Shown here: piece after piece, positions 7,221-15,809 of the stretch
How the letters are laid out: each line of letters begins with the position of its first letter
Position numbering within the stretch: position 1 is the stretch's first letter
The notes under the pieces: generated by a model
Told to the model about the DNA's origin: nothing
Seen by the model: only the letters and a program-made list of their open reading frames with translations
Database searches by the model: none
Assembly: GCA_965208165.1 (NCBI GenBank)
Contig: OZ242323.1
Span: 4,851,617 to 4,915,616, forward strand
Direction: 5' to 3'
Origin: Vicinamibacterales bacterium
GTDB lineage: Bacteria > Acidobacteriota > Vicinamibacteria > Vicinamibacterales > UBA8438
DNA length: 64,000 nt
Position numbers and translations under genes: made by a program

Positions 7221-10166
7221 CTAGAAGTACATCTGCATGCCGAACGACAGCCTCCGGCCCGGCTCGATGGAGTTGATCCGAAGGAAGTCCGGGTTCTTGA
7301 CGCCGTCGCCACCGTAGTACCGGTTCCGGGCGGTGACGCGGGCCCGGTTGGTGATGTTGGTCGCGTCCATGTAGAACCGCGTGCGGATGTCGTTGATCGT
7401 CACCACCTTCGAGAACCGAAGCTGCATCTCCGTGGTGTAGTCCTCGAACACCGTGCCCGGCTCGATCAGGTCGACGGTGAGGCTCCGGTTGGCGTTGTCG
7501 GCCGCCCCGAGGTTCACGAGACCGGGAAAATCGACCGCGGTGACCTCATAGGTGGCCTGGATGGGCGCTCCCGGAAACACCTGGACGAGCCCCGAGATCA
7601 TGGTGTCGAACGGCAACGGCAACGCCCCCGACAGCTTGCCCATGGGCCGGTACGGCATCCGCGTCTCGCAGAAACGCAGGTCATTCGGGCGATCCAGTCT
7701 GGCCCGGTGACAGAAGTGGTTCTTGTTCGTGCCGGCCGTGACGCTCGCGGTCATGAAGCCGCCGCGGGGGAGCTCGCCGTCGAGAATCACCTCGAACCCG
7801 TTCCAGGTCCGGGAGTCCTCCGAAGCCAGGGTCTGGCGGTCGTTACCGGTCTGGATGTCGAAGTCGGGGTCGGTGACGTAGATCGGCACCTGCACGCCGC
7901 GGGCGACCGCCGGCAGCTCGGGGTCGTCCGGCCCGGTCCACGTGCCCGCCATGTGCCAATCGTCCGCCGAGGTGTTCAGGTTGTCGAACCAGTCGAAGTT
8001 CGAGTAGACGCGCCGGTGCCACATCGCGCTGAGCGCCCAGCCGTTGCCGAGCTGGCGCTCGACGCCGCCCGAGTACTCCCAGTTGCTGGCGCGCGGCAGG
8101 TCCGGGTCGAGCTGGGTCGTGATGTTCGACAAGCCGTAGTTGGGGTTGAACGAAGATCCGATCTCGTCGAGCTGGGGCGTCCCGTCCGGGTTGAGCGCGG
8201 TCAGGTCCCCGTTGAGGTCGGTCCAGATCCGCCAGTCGATCAGGTTGTAGGGATAGATGGGGTTGTATCTCTGGGTGACGCCGGTCCCCTCGTTCGCCAC
8301 GTACCGCCCCGCCGAGAACTTCACCGCCGTCGAGCCGTCGCCGAACAGGTCGAACGCCGCGCCGAACCGCCCGTTGAAGTCCTGCCAGTTCGGAACGTTC
8401 TCGAGGAGGGGGTCGGGCAGGGTCAGCTCCGGCGCGAACCAGCCGGCTTCCCGAGTGCCCCCCGGCACCGAGTTCTGGAACCAGTCGTACCGGACGCCGG
8501 CGTTGAGGGTCAGGCGGTCCATCGTCCAGGCGTCCTGCACGTAGATGCCGCAGTCGCAGTCCTGGACTATCCCCTGACGCTGGTTGCCGTTCCCCGTCAC
8601 CAGGAGCGCGGACGGGACCCCGTTGTTGAACCAGCCACGGAAGATGTCCCCCGGCCCCTGGTACGCCAGGGCGGTCCGGTTGTTCGCGAAGTTGACGCCG
8701 GCCTTGAAGTTGTGCGAGCCGGTCACGTAGGAGAGCGACGCGTTCAGGCGGCGGTGGAAGTCGTGGTTGTGGTGGTTCTGAAACGAGCTGTGGTAGAAGG
8801 TGCCCAGCACACGGTCTTCCTTGGGCATCCGGAATTCGCCGTGGTCCACCGGGCTGGTGTTGACGTCCGCCTGCATGAACGAGCCGTGCGCCTCGAGGAG
8901 CAGCCGGTTCGTCAGCGGCGCCGTCCAGCGGCCGGTCAACATGCGCGTCGGGTTCCCGTTGAACAGGTACCAGGCCTCGGGGGTCTGGCGGCCGAAGGCC
9001 CCGCCCCCGGTGGAGAGCGACGACTTGGGCTCCTGGAAATAGCTCCACGTGAACTTGTTGCGCTGGGTGGCCTGGTGGGTGAGGCGAATGTTGTAGTTGC
9101 CGGTCTTGCCCCAGGTGTACCCCCGCAGGTCGTCCTCGGTGACGTCGTCAGGCGTCGACGGCTCGTTCAGGTCCCAGAACCGGTCGAGGACGTACTGGCG
9201 GTTGCGGTTCTCGATCATCGAGGCGAAGAACCACAGCTTGTCCTCGACGATCGGCCCGCCCGCCGCGGGGTTGAAGCTGTAGCGGTGGGCGATCGGCGCG
9301 AACCGGAAGCCCCGGTCCTTGAGGTCCTGGCTGAGGTTGTCGGACTGGAACCCTCCCGACGTGCCGCTCATGAAGAAGTTGTACGAGAACTCGTTGCCGC
9401 CGGCCTTGGGCACGACGTTCGTCCGCACCCCGCTCTGGGCGTACTCGGCCGACTGCGACGAGGTGTCGAAGACGACCTCGGTGACCATCGCCTCGTTGGT
9501 GACGGTGCCGACGCCGGCCGACCACTCGTTCCGCCCCTGGAGCTGCCCCCCGGTCTTGACGCCGTCGATGGCGGGCTGGCCGTCGAGGGGGTCGGAGCCG
9601 TGCAGGCTCGGCAGGTTGTTGTAGTTGTTGTCTCCGGGGACGAGGGTCTCGCCGAGGGTCGTCCCCGGCACGTAGGCGGCGGCGCTGGTGATGCCCGCGG
9701 CCCCCGGCAGCACGTTGACGCGCTCGGCCGGCATGACCGTCTGCTGCCGCGTGGTCCTGACGTCGACCAGCGGGACGATGCCCTCCACCATCACCGTCTC
9801 TTCCAGGCCGCCGACCGCCATCGAGGCGTCGACGTCGGCCACGAACGCGCCCTGCAGCACGATGCCCTCGCGCACCACGCTGGTGAAGCCCGGCAGCGAG
9901 AACCTCACCGAGTAGGTGCCCGACGGCAGGTTGGTGATGCGGTAGTTCCCGGCGCCGTCCGAGAAGACCGTTCGCACCTGCTCGATCAGGGCCGGGCTGG
10001 TGGCCTCGACGGTCACGCCGGGCAGGACGCCCCCGACGTCGTCGACGACGGTGCCGGCGATGCCGGCCTCACCCTGGGCGAGGGCCGGGGCGGGTGCGAG
10101 CAGCGCTGACACGAGACTGGTCAGGCAAAGAAGAACGAAGATACACCGCGACTCGGACGGCTGCAT
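7221..10166 (-). CDS. TonB-dependent outer-membrane receptor with N-terminal carboxypeptidase-regulatory-like domain
   Basis: 981 aa. Signal peptide (LVSALLAPAPALAQG). CarboxypepD_reg (IAGTVVDDVGGVLPGVTVEATS...GNYRITNLPSGTYSVRFSLPGF). Long beta-barrel-like body ending in the OMP-type terminus RLSFGMQMYF. Confidence 0.9.
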   Translation of the reverse strand: MQPSESRCIFVLLCLTSLVSALLAPAPALAQGEAGIAGTVVDDVGGVLPGVTVEATSPALIEQVRTVFSDGAGNYRITNLPSGTYSVRFSLPGFTSVVREGIVLQGAFVADVDASMAVGGLEETVMVEGIVPLVDVRTTRQQTVMPAERVNVLPGAAGITSAAAYVPGTTLGETLVPGDNNYNNLPSLHGSDPLDGQPAIDGVKTGGQLQGRNEWSAGVGTVTNEAMVTEVVFDTSSQSAEYAQSGVRTNVVPKAGGNEFSYNFFMSGTSGGFQSDNLSQDLKDRGFRFAPIAHRYSFNPAAGGPIVEDKLWFFASMIENRNRQYVLDRFWDLNEPSTPDDVTEDDLRGYTWGKTGNYNIRLTHQATQRNKFTWSYFQEPKSSLSTGGGAFGRQTPEAWYLFNGNPTRMLTGRWTAPLTNRLLLEAHGSFMQADVNTSPVDHGEFRMPKEDRVLGTFYHSSFQNHHNHDFHRRLNASLSYVTGSHNFKAGVNFANNRTALAYQGPGDIFRGWFNNGVPSALLVTGNGNQRQGIVQDCDCGIYVQDAWTMDRLTLNAGVRYDWFQNSVPGGTREAGWFAPELTLPDPLLENVPNWQDFNGRFGAAFDLFGDGSTAVKFSAGRYVANEGTGVTQRYNPIYPYNLIDWRIWTDLNGDLTALNPDGTPQLDEIGSSFNPNYGLSNITTQLDPDLPRASNWEYSGGVERQLGNGWALSAMWHRRVYSNFDWFDNLNTSADDWHMAGTWTGPDDPELPAVARGVQVPIYVTDPDFDIQTGNDRQTLASEDSRTWNGFEVILDGELPRGGFMTASVTAGTNKNHFCHRARLDRPNDLRFCETRMPYRPMGKLSGALPLPFDTMISGLVQVFPGAPIQATYEVTAVDFPGLVNLGAADNANRSLTVDLIEPGTVFEDYTTEMQLRFSKVVTINDIRTRFYMDATNITNRARVTARNRYYGGDGVKNPDFLRINSIEPGRRLSFGMQMYF

Positions 10167-10235
10167 TGTCGATACCTCCTCGGGCGGCGTGAAGCGATAC
10201 GCCCGCCAGCTCCGAACAGAAGCGCACCATACAAT

Positions 10236-10265
10236 AGCACCAATCTCGGCAGCACCAATCTCGGC
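10236..10265. repeat. Perfect 15-bp tandem direct repeat (AGCACCAATCTCGGC x2) upstream of the TonB receptor gene
   Basis: Read directly. It lies 70-100 nt upstream of the minus-strand ATG at 10166, next to an AT-richer ACCATACAATAG stretch. Confidence 0.6.
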
Positions 10266-10424
10266 GGTGCGGATCTGCTGGACGCGGGAGACCGGTTACC
10301 TCCGACACCCCGGTGCGCTACGCAGCACAAGGTGCCGGCGCGGGAGTGACCGTGTTTCCCGGAGTGCGCTCCGGGTGACGCTCGCGAGCGGCCCGGCGTC
10401 AGGCGTGTGGGCCGTGCGTGGTAC

Positions 10425-10552
10425 AGGGCGCCCAGCGGAGCCGAAGGCGACGCTTGGCGGGCCAGGAATCTGCGCCGTAGAACGGTGCAGACTCCTAACA
10501 GGGTCGGTTGGGCGCCCAGCGGAGCCGAAGGCGACGATGGGCGGGCTAGGTG
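10425..10552. repeat. REP/MITE-like repeat cluster A (about 1.7 units)
   Basis: GGCGCCCAGCGGAGCCGAAGGCGACG..TGGCGGGCCAGGAATCTGCGCC-GTAGAAC-GGTGCAGACTCCT...GGTTGGGCGCCCAGCGGAGCCGAAGGCGACGATGGGCGGGCTAGG. Same family as the copies at 14338, 25905, 28815, 30400, 31190, 47201 and 55081. Confidence 0.85.
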
Positions 10553-11043
10553 AGCCGGGCCATGCACACGACGTCGTCGGCCCGTCCGTCGAGGAGGCGC
10601 GCCCGCCGCTTGACCCCCTCGCGCACGAAGCCCGCCCCCTCGAACAGGCGGATCGCCCGCGTGTTCGACGCGAACACCTCCAGCTCGACCCGCGTCATGC
10701 CGACCGCCCCTGCCGCCTCCAGCGCGCGGGCGAGAAGCCCCGCGCCCACCCCCCGCGCCCGCCACTCGGGCAGAAGTCCGATGCCGAGGACGCCGCCGTG
10801 CCGGAACCCCTCGAAGGCGTGGCGCTGCACGTCGCACCAGCCGACCACCCGCCCCTCGGACCGCACCACGAGCTGCACGCCGCCGCCGCGCGCCAGGCCG
10901 TCGACGAACGCCCGGGTCCCGTCGGCCCCGAAGCCGTCCACCGCGGCCAGGTAGCGCCGCTCGCGCGCCACCGCCCCGACCGCGGCCCGCAGCCCCTCGA
11001 CGTCGTCGGGCGTGATGGGCTCGATGCTGAACGGTGCGGTCAT
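10546..11043 (-). CDS. GNAT family N-acetyltransferase
   Basis: 165 aa. Acetyl-CoA-binding-type motif RARGVGAGLLARALEAA and VELEVFASNTRAIRLFEGAGFVREG. The stop codon (CTA on the plus strand, 10546-10548) lies in the terminal GGGCGGGCTAG of repeat cluster A. Confidence 0.85.
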   Translation of the reverse strand: MTAPFSIEPITPDDVEGLRAAVGAVARERRYLAAVDGFGADGTRAFVDGLARGGGVQLVVRSEGRVVGWCDVQRHAFEGFRHGGVLGIGLLPEWRARGVGAGLLARALEAAGAVGMTRVELEVFASNTRAIRLFEGAGFVREGVKRRARLLDGRADDVVCMARLT

Positions 11044-11159
11044 GCGACGTCTCCCGCGGCCGCCGAGGCCCGATTATGAGCGTCGCCACCGCCCAGGCGA
11101 CGCGCGCCCTCCCCGCGCTATTCGAACTCATGGTCCTCCGGTGTGCGGCTCGAACCCCG

Positions 11160-11543
11160 TTACCGCTTGAACGCCCGTATCGTCTCTCGCGCCCAACGAC
11201 GGCCCTCCTGGAAGTCGCGCTCCTCCATCCGCGGCCGGTCGCGAAACACGATCCGGGACACTCGCTTCTTCGTGCCGGCGGGAGACCGTTCGTAGCCGAT
11301 GACCCAACGGAAGATGCTGCCGACATCGACGGCGGCGACGTCACTCTCGGAGATCGCCGCCAAGGGGATGACCGCCTCTTCATCTTCATGCGACGAGCCG
11401 GCGGTCAGGTCGACCAGCCGCGCCACGAGCTCATCGCCACTCATCTCCACGACGTAACCCTCCCACTCCTGTAGAACCTGCAGCGTCGCCCTCCTCTCGG
11501 GCTCGGATCGCGGTGGACTGGAGTTCATGGCCCCACCGAACAC
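11160..11543 (-). CDS. Hypothetical protein (127 aa), tightly coupled to the upstream SprT-like gene
   Basis: ORF with non-degenerate, charged composition and more A/T-ending codons than its neighbours. The start is 1 nt downstream of the SprT-like stop. I recognise no family. Confidence 0.5.
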   Translation of the reverse strand: MFGGAMNSSPPRSEPERRATLQVLQEWEGYVVEMSGDELVARLVDLTAGSSHEDEEAVIPLAAISESDVAAVDVGSIFRWVIGYERSPAGTKKRVSRIVFRDRPRMEERDFQEGRRWARETIRAFKR

Positions 11544-11544
11544 C

Positions 11545-12354
11545 TCACGACGCGGAGGGAGGACGCGTGACGGCCGACGGCGGAGCCGCCCCGCCGGTGT
11601 TCAGTCGCCAGGCGATCTCCCCGCCGCACTTCCGGCACCGCGCACCGTGCCGCAGCCGGCGGCTCAGGCGCTGGCGCCGCCACTGCTTCCCGCAGCCGCA
11701 CTCGCCCAGCCAGCGGGCCGGGGTGTGGTCGACGTCGTGGCAGCGCTCGGCGGTGCAGCCGATGGCCCGGGCCACCGCCTTCCAGACGTCGTCGTGATGG
11801 TGCCGGTGGCCGACGATCGCGTGGGCGATCTCGTGCAGCAGGGTGTCCTCGATGTCGGCCCGGGTCGCCCGCAGACAGTAGCTCACCGACAGATCGATGC
11901 GCTTGTCGGCGTAGCGGCAGACGCCGGCGCGGGCCGTTGACAGGTCGAAGCCGAAGCCCCAGTCCGCGTCCAGCCCGCTCGCGGCCCGGTGACGGGCGAG
12001 GAGGTCGCCGGCCAGCGTCTCGACCTCGGCCAGCGTGCACTCCCGCTCGGGCGCCCGTTCGACCACGGTGAGGAGAGTGTAGGGCACCTTCCACAGGGCG
12101 TCGTCGCCGGCCGCCACCACGGCGCGGGCGCGCTGCAGCTCGGCGACGGCGCCCTCGATCGCCTGGCCGCGCCACCGGAACCGCACGCGGCTGCCGACGG
12201 GACAGGCGGCGCCGGGGAAGTCGGCGGTGATGGCGCCGGGCTGACGCGGCAGGGACGCCGGACGCGGCGGGGACGCCGGACGCGGCGGGGACGCCGGACG
12301 CGGCGGCGGAAAGAGCGGCAACTGGAACCCTGAACGCATCGGAGGTACCGGCAC
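11545..12354 (-). CDS. SprT-like zinc metalloprotease domain protein
   Basis: HExxH motif in LLHEIAHAIVGHRHHHDDVW, followed by a Cys-rich zinc-ribbon-like tail (GECGCGKQW...ARCRKCGGEI). The N-terminus carries PRPASP x3, encoded by a 21-bp tandem repeat at about 12245-12305. Confidence 0.8.
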   Translation of the reverse strand: MPVPPMRSGFQLPLFPPPRPASPPRPASPPRPASLPRQPGAITADFPGAACPVGSRVRFRWRGQAIEGAVAELQRARAVVAAGDDALWKVPYTLLTVVERAPERECTLAEVETLAGDLLARHRAASGLDADWGFGFDLSTARAGVCRYADKRIDLSVSYCLRATRADIEDTLLHEIAHAIVGHRHHHDDVWKAVARAIGCTAERCHDVDHTPARWLGECGCGKQWRRQRLSRRLRHGARCRKCGGEIAWRLNTGGAAPPSAVTRPPSAS

Positions 12355-12358
12355 CGGG

Positions 12359-13999
12359 CTATCTCCCTGCGCGCTCGACCTGCGCGGCCATCTCGCGCAG
12401 CATCTCCGCCGGGGAGATGCCGGTCCAGCAGTGGCCGCGGCCCGGACCGTAGACGATGCGGGCCTCGATCGACGGCCGGCCCTGCAGGAACGCGTCGAGC
12501 CGGCGCACCGCGCCGTCGAGGAAGTAGTCGTCCATGTCGCCGACCCAGATGTTCAGCCGGCCCCGCAGCTTCGGCGCCAGCGTGTCCCACCCCCGTTCGA
12601 GCACGAGGCGCAGGTCGTAGCGCTCCCAGTGCGTGGTCACCTCGGTGTCGATCTCGCCGGACGCGGGGTCCCAGAGCGGGACGGGGAGGCCGTCCGCGCC
12701 GCGGGGGCCGTAGACCGCGTTCCACGCCCCCCACTGGCCGCCCGACCGGGTCCAGCTGTCGCCGTGGCCGAGCACGTTCTCCATCCGCAGCTCGTGCCGC
12801 ATGGTGAACCGGGTGCTCCCGTCGAGGTTCCGGGCGCTGGGCAGCTCTCGTCCCTCGCCATCCACGTAGGCGTTGCCGCCCCGGTAGACATCCACGAGCT
12901 GGAAGGCGCGGAAGTCGACGCTGTCGGGGCACGAAGCCCAGGCCCCACCGAAGAAGTCGGGATGGAAGATCTGCAGGGCCAGCGCCACCCAGCCCCCCGT
13001 CGACGCGCCGTCGAGCACCCGGGCGCCCGCCGAGCCGCCGGCCCGGAACCGCTCCTCGACCCAGGGGATCAGCTCTTCGGTGACGGCGGCGCCGTAGGGG
13101 CCGCTGTTGGCCGAGTCGACCTGGTAGGGGTCTCCGTACGGCCCCGCCCCGTCGAGGTGCAGGAGCACGAAGCGGGGCGCGTCGGGGTCGAGCCACGCGG
13201 TGCGGAACGGGGACCCCGGCCGCATCATCCTCCGCACCCCGGTGTACCGCGCGCCGTAGCCGCCGATGCGCACCCGCAACGGATAGCGCCGCGCCGCATC
13301 CTCGTCGTGGCCCGGCGGCAGGATGACGCCGGCCCGGAGGTGGATCGGGCGGCCGTGGAACGCGGACAGACGCTCGGAACGGATGCGGACGAAGCGCAGG
13401 AGATCGGTGTCGTCGGGCAGCCGCTCGTCGGGGATGCGCCGCGTCAGGCGGAGGTCGATCGCGGCCGGCCGCGCGGGGTCGAGCTCCACGCGCCGGACGT
13501 CGCTGTACAGGTTGCCGGCCGCGTTGGAGCGGCGGATGTCCCGGTTGGTCGCCAGCACCGCCTGCACGCGGTACTCGCCGGCCGGCAGATCGCGCAGGGC
13601 CTCGAGGGGAAACGCGGCCGCCGCGGCCCCGACCGTCACGCGGGCTCCCGGGGCGAGGGACAGGGCATCCACCCCGAGGGTGGGCACGGCGCGGGCTCCG
13701 GTGCGGCCGATGAGGAAGCGCGGCTCCATCGCCGGCCGGTCGCCGGGGACCATCACCACGAGCAGCCGTCCCGGCGGCTGGGCGGGCAGCGACGGGTCGA
13801 GGGTGACCTCGAAGCGCAGGCCGGGGCCGGCCTGGCCGGCTGAGACAGGCCCGGCGGACGCGGCGGCAAGTACCGCCGCAGCGAGCACGCAGACCAGAGT
13901 CTGTGGACGCATCACGGATCGCATTGGCAATGCTGCAAGCCCGATGCGCGGACCCGCCAACACGGCGGCTTGCGCCGCCGACGGCCAGCAGGGCGCCAC
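12359..13999 (-). CDS. Putative esterase / alpha-beta hydrolase family protein (secreted)
   Basis: 546 aa. Signal-like VCVLAAAVLAAASAGPVSAG. Esterase-like core VLLHLDGAGPYG...EELIPWVEERF...LDGASTGGWVALALQIFHPDFFGGAWASCPD. Confidence 0.7.
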   Translation of the reverse strand: MAPCWPSAAQAAVLAGPRIGLAALPMRSVMRPQTLVCVLAAAVLAAASAGPVSAGQAGPGLRFEVTLDPSLPAQPPGRLLVVMVPGDRPAMEPRFLIGRTGARAVPTLGVDALSLAPGARVTVGAAAAAFPLEALRDLPAGEYRVQAVLATNRDIRRSNAAGNLYSDVRRVELDPARPAAIDLRLTRRIPDERLPDDTDLLRFVRIRSERLSAFHGRPIHLRAGVILPPGHDEDAARRYPLRVRIGGYGARYTGVRRMMRPGSPFRTAWLDPDAPRFVLLHLDGAGPYGDPYQVDSANSGPYGAAVTEELIPWVEERFRAGGSAGARVLDGASTGGWVALALQIFHPDFFGGAWASCPDSVDFRAFQLVDVYRGGNAYVDGEGRELPSARNLDGSTRFTMRHELRMENVLGHGDSWTRSGGQWGAWNAVYGPRGADGLPVPLWDPASGEIDTEVTTHWERYDLRLVLERGWDTLAPKLRGRLNIWVGDMDDYFLDGAVRRLDAFLQGRPSIEARIVYGPGRGHCWTGISPAEMLREMAAQVERAGR

Positions 14000-14047
14000 C
14001 GCAAGGGCAAGCTCCGGTGGACCATTGGCGGGAAGTGAAGGGAAGGG

Positions 14048-14281
14048 TCAGTGGCTGGCGTTCACGTGACTGTTGAAGGCACGGCTCAGCTCGTCCACGC
14101 GACCGGTGAGCCTGTCCACCTTCCCGCTGACCACCAGAACGCCAATGGCGGCCACCAGGCCGGCGCACGCCCCGATCACGGCGGCGATTCCCGACACGAC
14201 GTCGAAGATCTCCATGAGTCGAGGATACCCTGCTCGGGAGAAGGCTTCAACCGGGACGGCACCCGCCGTCAGCCATGCCAC
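14048..14281 (-). CDS. Small membrane protein (77 aa), hypothetical
   Basis: One clear TM helix (VVSGIAAVIGACAGLVAAIGVLVV), then a short helical tail (GKVDRLTGRVDELSRAF). No family recognised. Confidence 0.4.
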   Translation of the reverse strand: MAWLTAGAVPVEAFSRAGYPRLMEIFDVVSGIAAVIGACAGLVAAIGVLVVSGKVDRLTGRVDELSRAFNSHVNASH

Positions 14282-14337
14282 AACGCACCGCCCCGGCTGC
14301 TAGAATAGGGGACTCCGTACCGGCAGCCGGAAGTGCG

Positions 14338-14500
14338 CGCCGTGGACGGCGCAGACTCCTGGCGGGTTGGTTGGGCGGCAATCGGAGCCGCAGGCGACGA
14401 TTTCCGGGCCAGGAGTCTGCGCCGTAGAACGGTGCAGACTCCTGGCAGGGTTGGTTGGGCGCCCAGCGGAGCCGAAGGCGACGATGGGCGGGCTAGGAGT
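14338..14500. repeat. REP/MITE-like repeat cluster B (2 units; reference copy)
   Basis: Unit 14348-14423 (76 bp) has perfect 16-bp terminal inverted repeats: GGCGCAGACTCCTGGC at 14348-14363 and GCCAGGAGTCTGCGCC at 14408-14423. Then comes the junction GTAGAAC, and a second unit ending GGGCGGGCTAGGAGTGCC. Confidence 0.9.
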
Positions 14501-14509
14501 GCCACTGTG

Positions 14510-15523
14510 ATGATGAACCGCTCGACGACCGTGTCCCGATCCGTATTGCGCACACTCGCCGCGCTGGCCGTGGTCGCCGGCGCCGCCATGGTCGCCTGCA
14601 GCCCGCAGGGCGCCGGCGGCCTCACCGAACGCCTGTCGGTCGCCACCGGCGGCACCGGGGGCGTCTACTACCCCTACGGCGGCGGCGTCGCCAAGGTCAT
14701 CAGCGACCACCTCGAGGGGGTGGAGGCGACCGCGGAGGTCACCGCGGGGACCGTCGACAACCTGAAGTTCATCTCGAACCGGGGCGCCGACCTGGCGTTC
14801 GTCCTCGCCGACTCGCTCGACGACGCGGCGCAGGGGCGCGGCGCGTTCGCCGACTTCGGCACGGTGCCGGCGCGGGCCCTCGCGGTGCTCTACGACAACC
14901 TGAACCAGCTCGTGACCCTCGAGGGCAAGGGCATCGAGAGCGTCGCCGACCTTCGCGACCGCGTCGTGTCGACGGGGGCGCCGGGCAGCGGCACCGAGAT
15001 CACCGCGCTGCGCGTGCTCGAGGCGATGGGCCTCGACCCGGACGCCGACATCCGCAAGCAGAGCCTCGGGGCCGCGCAGTCGGTCGACGCCATCAAGGAC
15101 GACAAGATCGACGCGTTCTTCTGGAGCGGCGGCGTTCCCACCGGCTCCGTCCTCGACCTCGCCTCCACCCCCGGGCGAACCGTCAAGCTGGTGCCCAATA
15201 CCGACACCTTGCCGTTCCTCCATGAGAACTACGGCGACGCCGTGTACCACGCGGTCAACATTCCCAGCACGACGTACCCCGGGATGAGCGGGGACGTCGA
15301 GGCGGTCGGGGTGGCCAACGTGCTGGTGGTGCACGAGGAGATGTCTGACGATCTGGCCTACCGCATCACGCAGGCGCTGTTCGAGCACCAGGACGAGCTG
15401 GCCGCCATTCATCCCGAGGCGGAGAAGCTGTCAATGGAGAGCGCGGTGACGGGGTCGACGGTGCCGTTCCACCCGGGCGCCGTCCGGTACTACGAGGAGC
15501 AGGGGGCCTGGCCCGGATCGTAG
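14510..15523 (+). CDS. TAXI-family TRAP transporter solute-binding protein (lipoprotein)
   Basis: Trimmed from the 14333 ORF, whose 5' part reads through repeat cluster B. MMNRSTT...LAVVAGAAMVAC lipobox-like signal. GGTGGVYYPYGGGVAKVI and TTYPGM...VGVANVLVVHE motifs typical of TAXI receptors. Confidence 0.9.
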   Translation: MMNRSTTVSRSVLRTLAALAVVAGAAMVACSPQGAGGLTERLSVATGGTGGVYYPYGGGVAKVISDHLEGVEATAEVTAGTVDNLKFISNRGADLAFVLADSLDDAAQGRGAFADFGTVPARALAVLYDNLNQLVTLEGKGIESVADLRDRVVSTGAPGSGTEITALRVLEAMGLDPDADIRKQSLGAAQSVDAIKDDKIDAFFWSGGVPTGSVLDLASTPGRTVKLVPNTDTLPFLHENYGDAVYHAVNIPSTTYPGMSGDVEAVGVANVLVVHEEMSDDLAYRITQALFEHQDELAAIHPEAEKLSMESAVTGSTVPFHPGAVRYYEEQGAWPGS

Positions 15524-15809
15524 GTAGATCGTAGCGGCCGTCACGGGAGGCCCCGCCCCATTCGCCCGGCGATGCATGCGGCCTGACCCGGTGGTTCCGC
15601 GGAGCTGCGTTGCTCCGGGGCCCGCCGCCGGCATGCTTCCGAGTCCCGCCGCCTCGCGCAGGGGCCTCTCAGCCCGCTGGCGCCTGTCAGGCCGCTTGCG
15701 TCGTCACCGATCCCGGGGCGACGCGGGTCCCGACCACGAGCCGGCGGCGCCGCTCCCGCCGCCACCGGCTCGCATCACCCCTTTTCACCGGCCGCATTAG
15801 CGAGTACGC

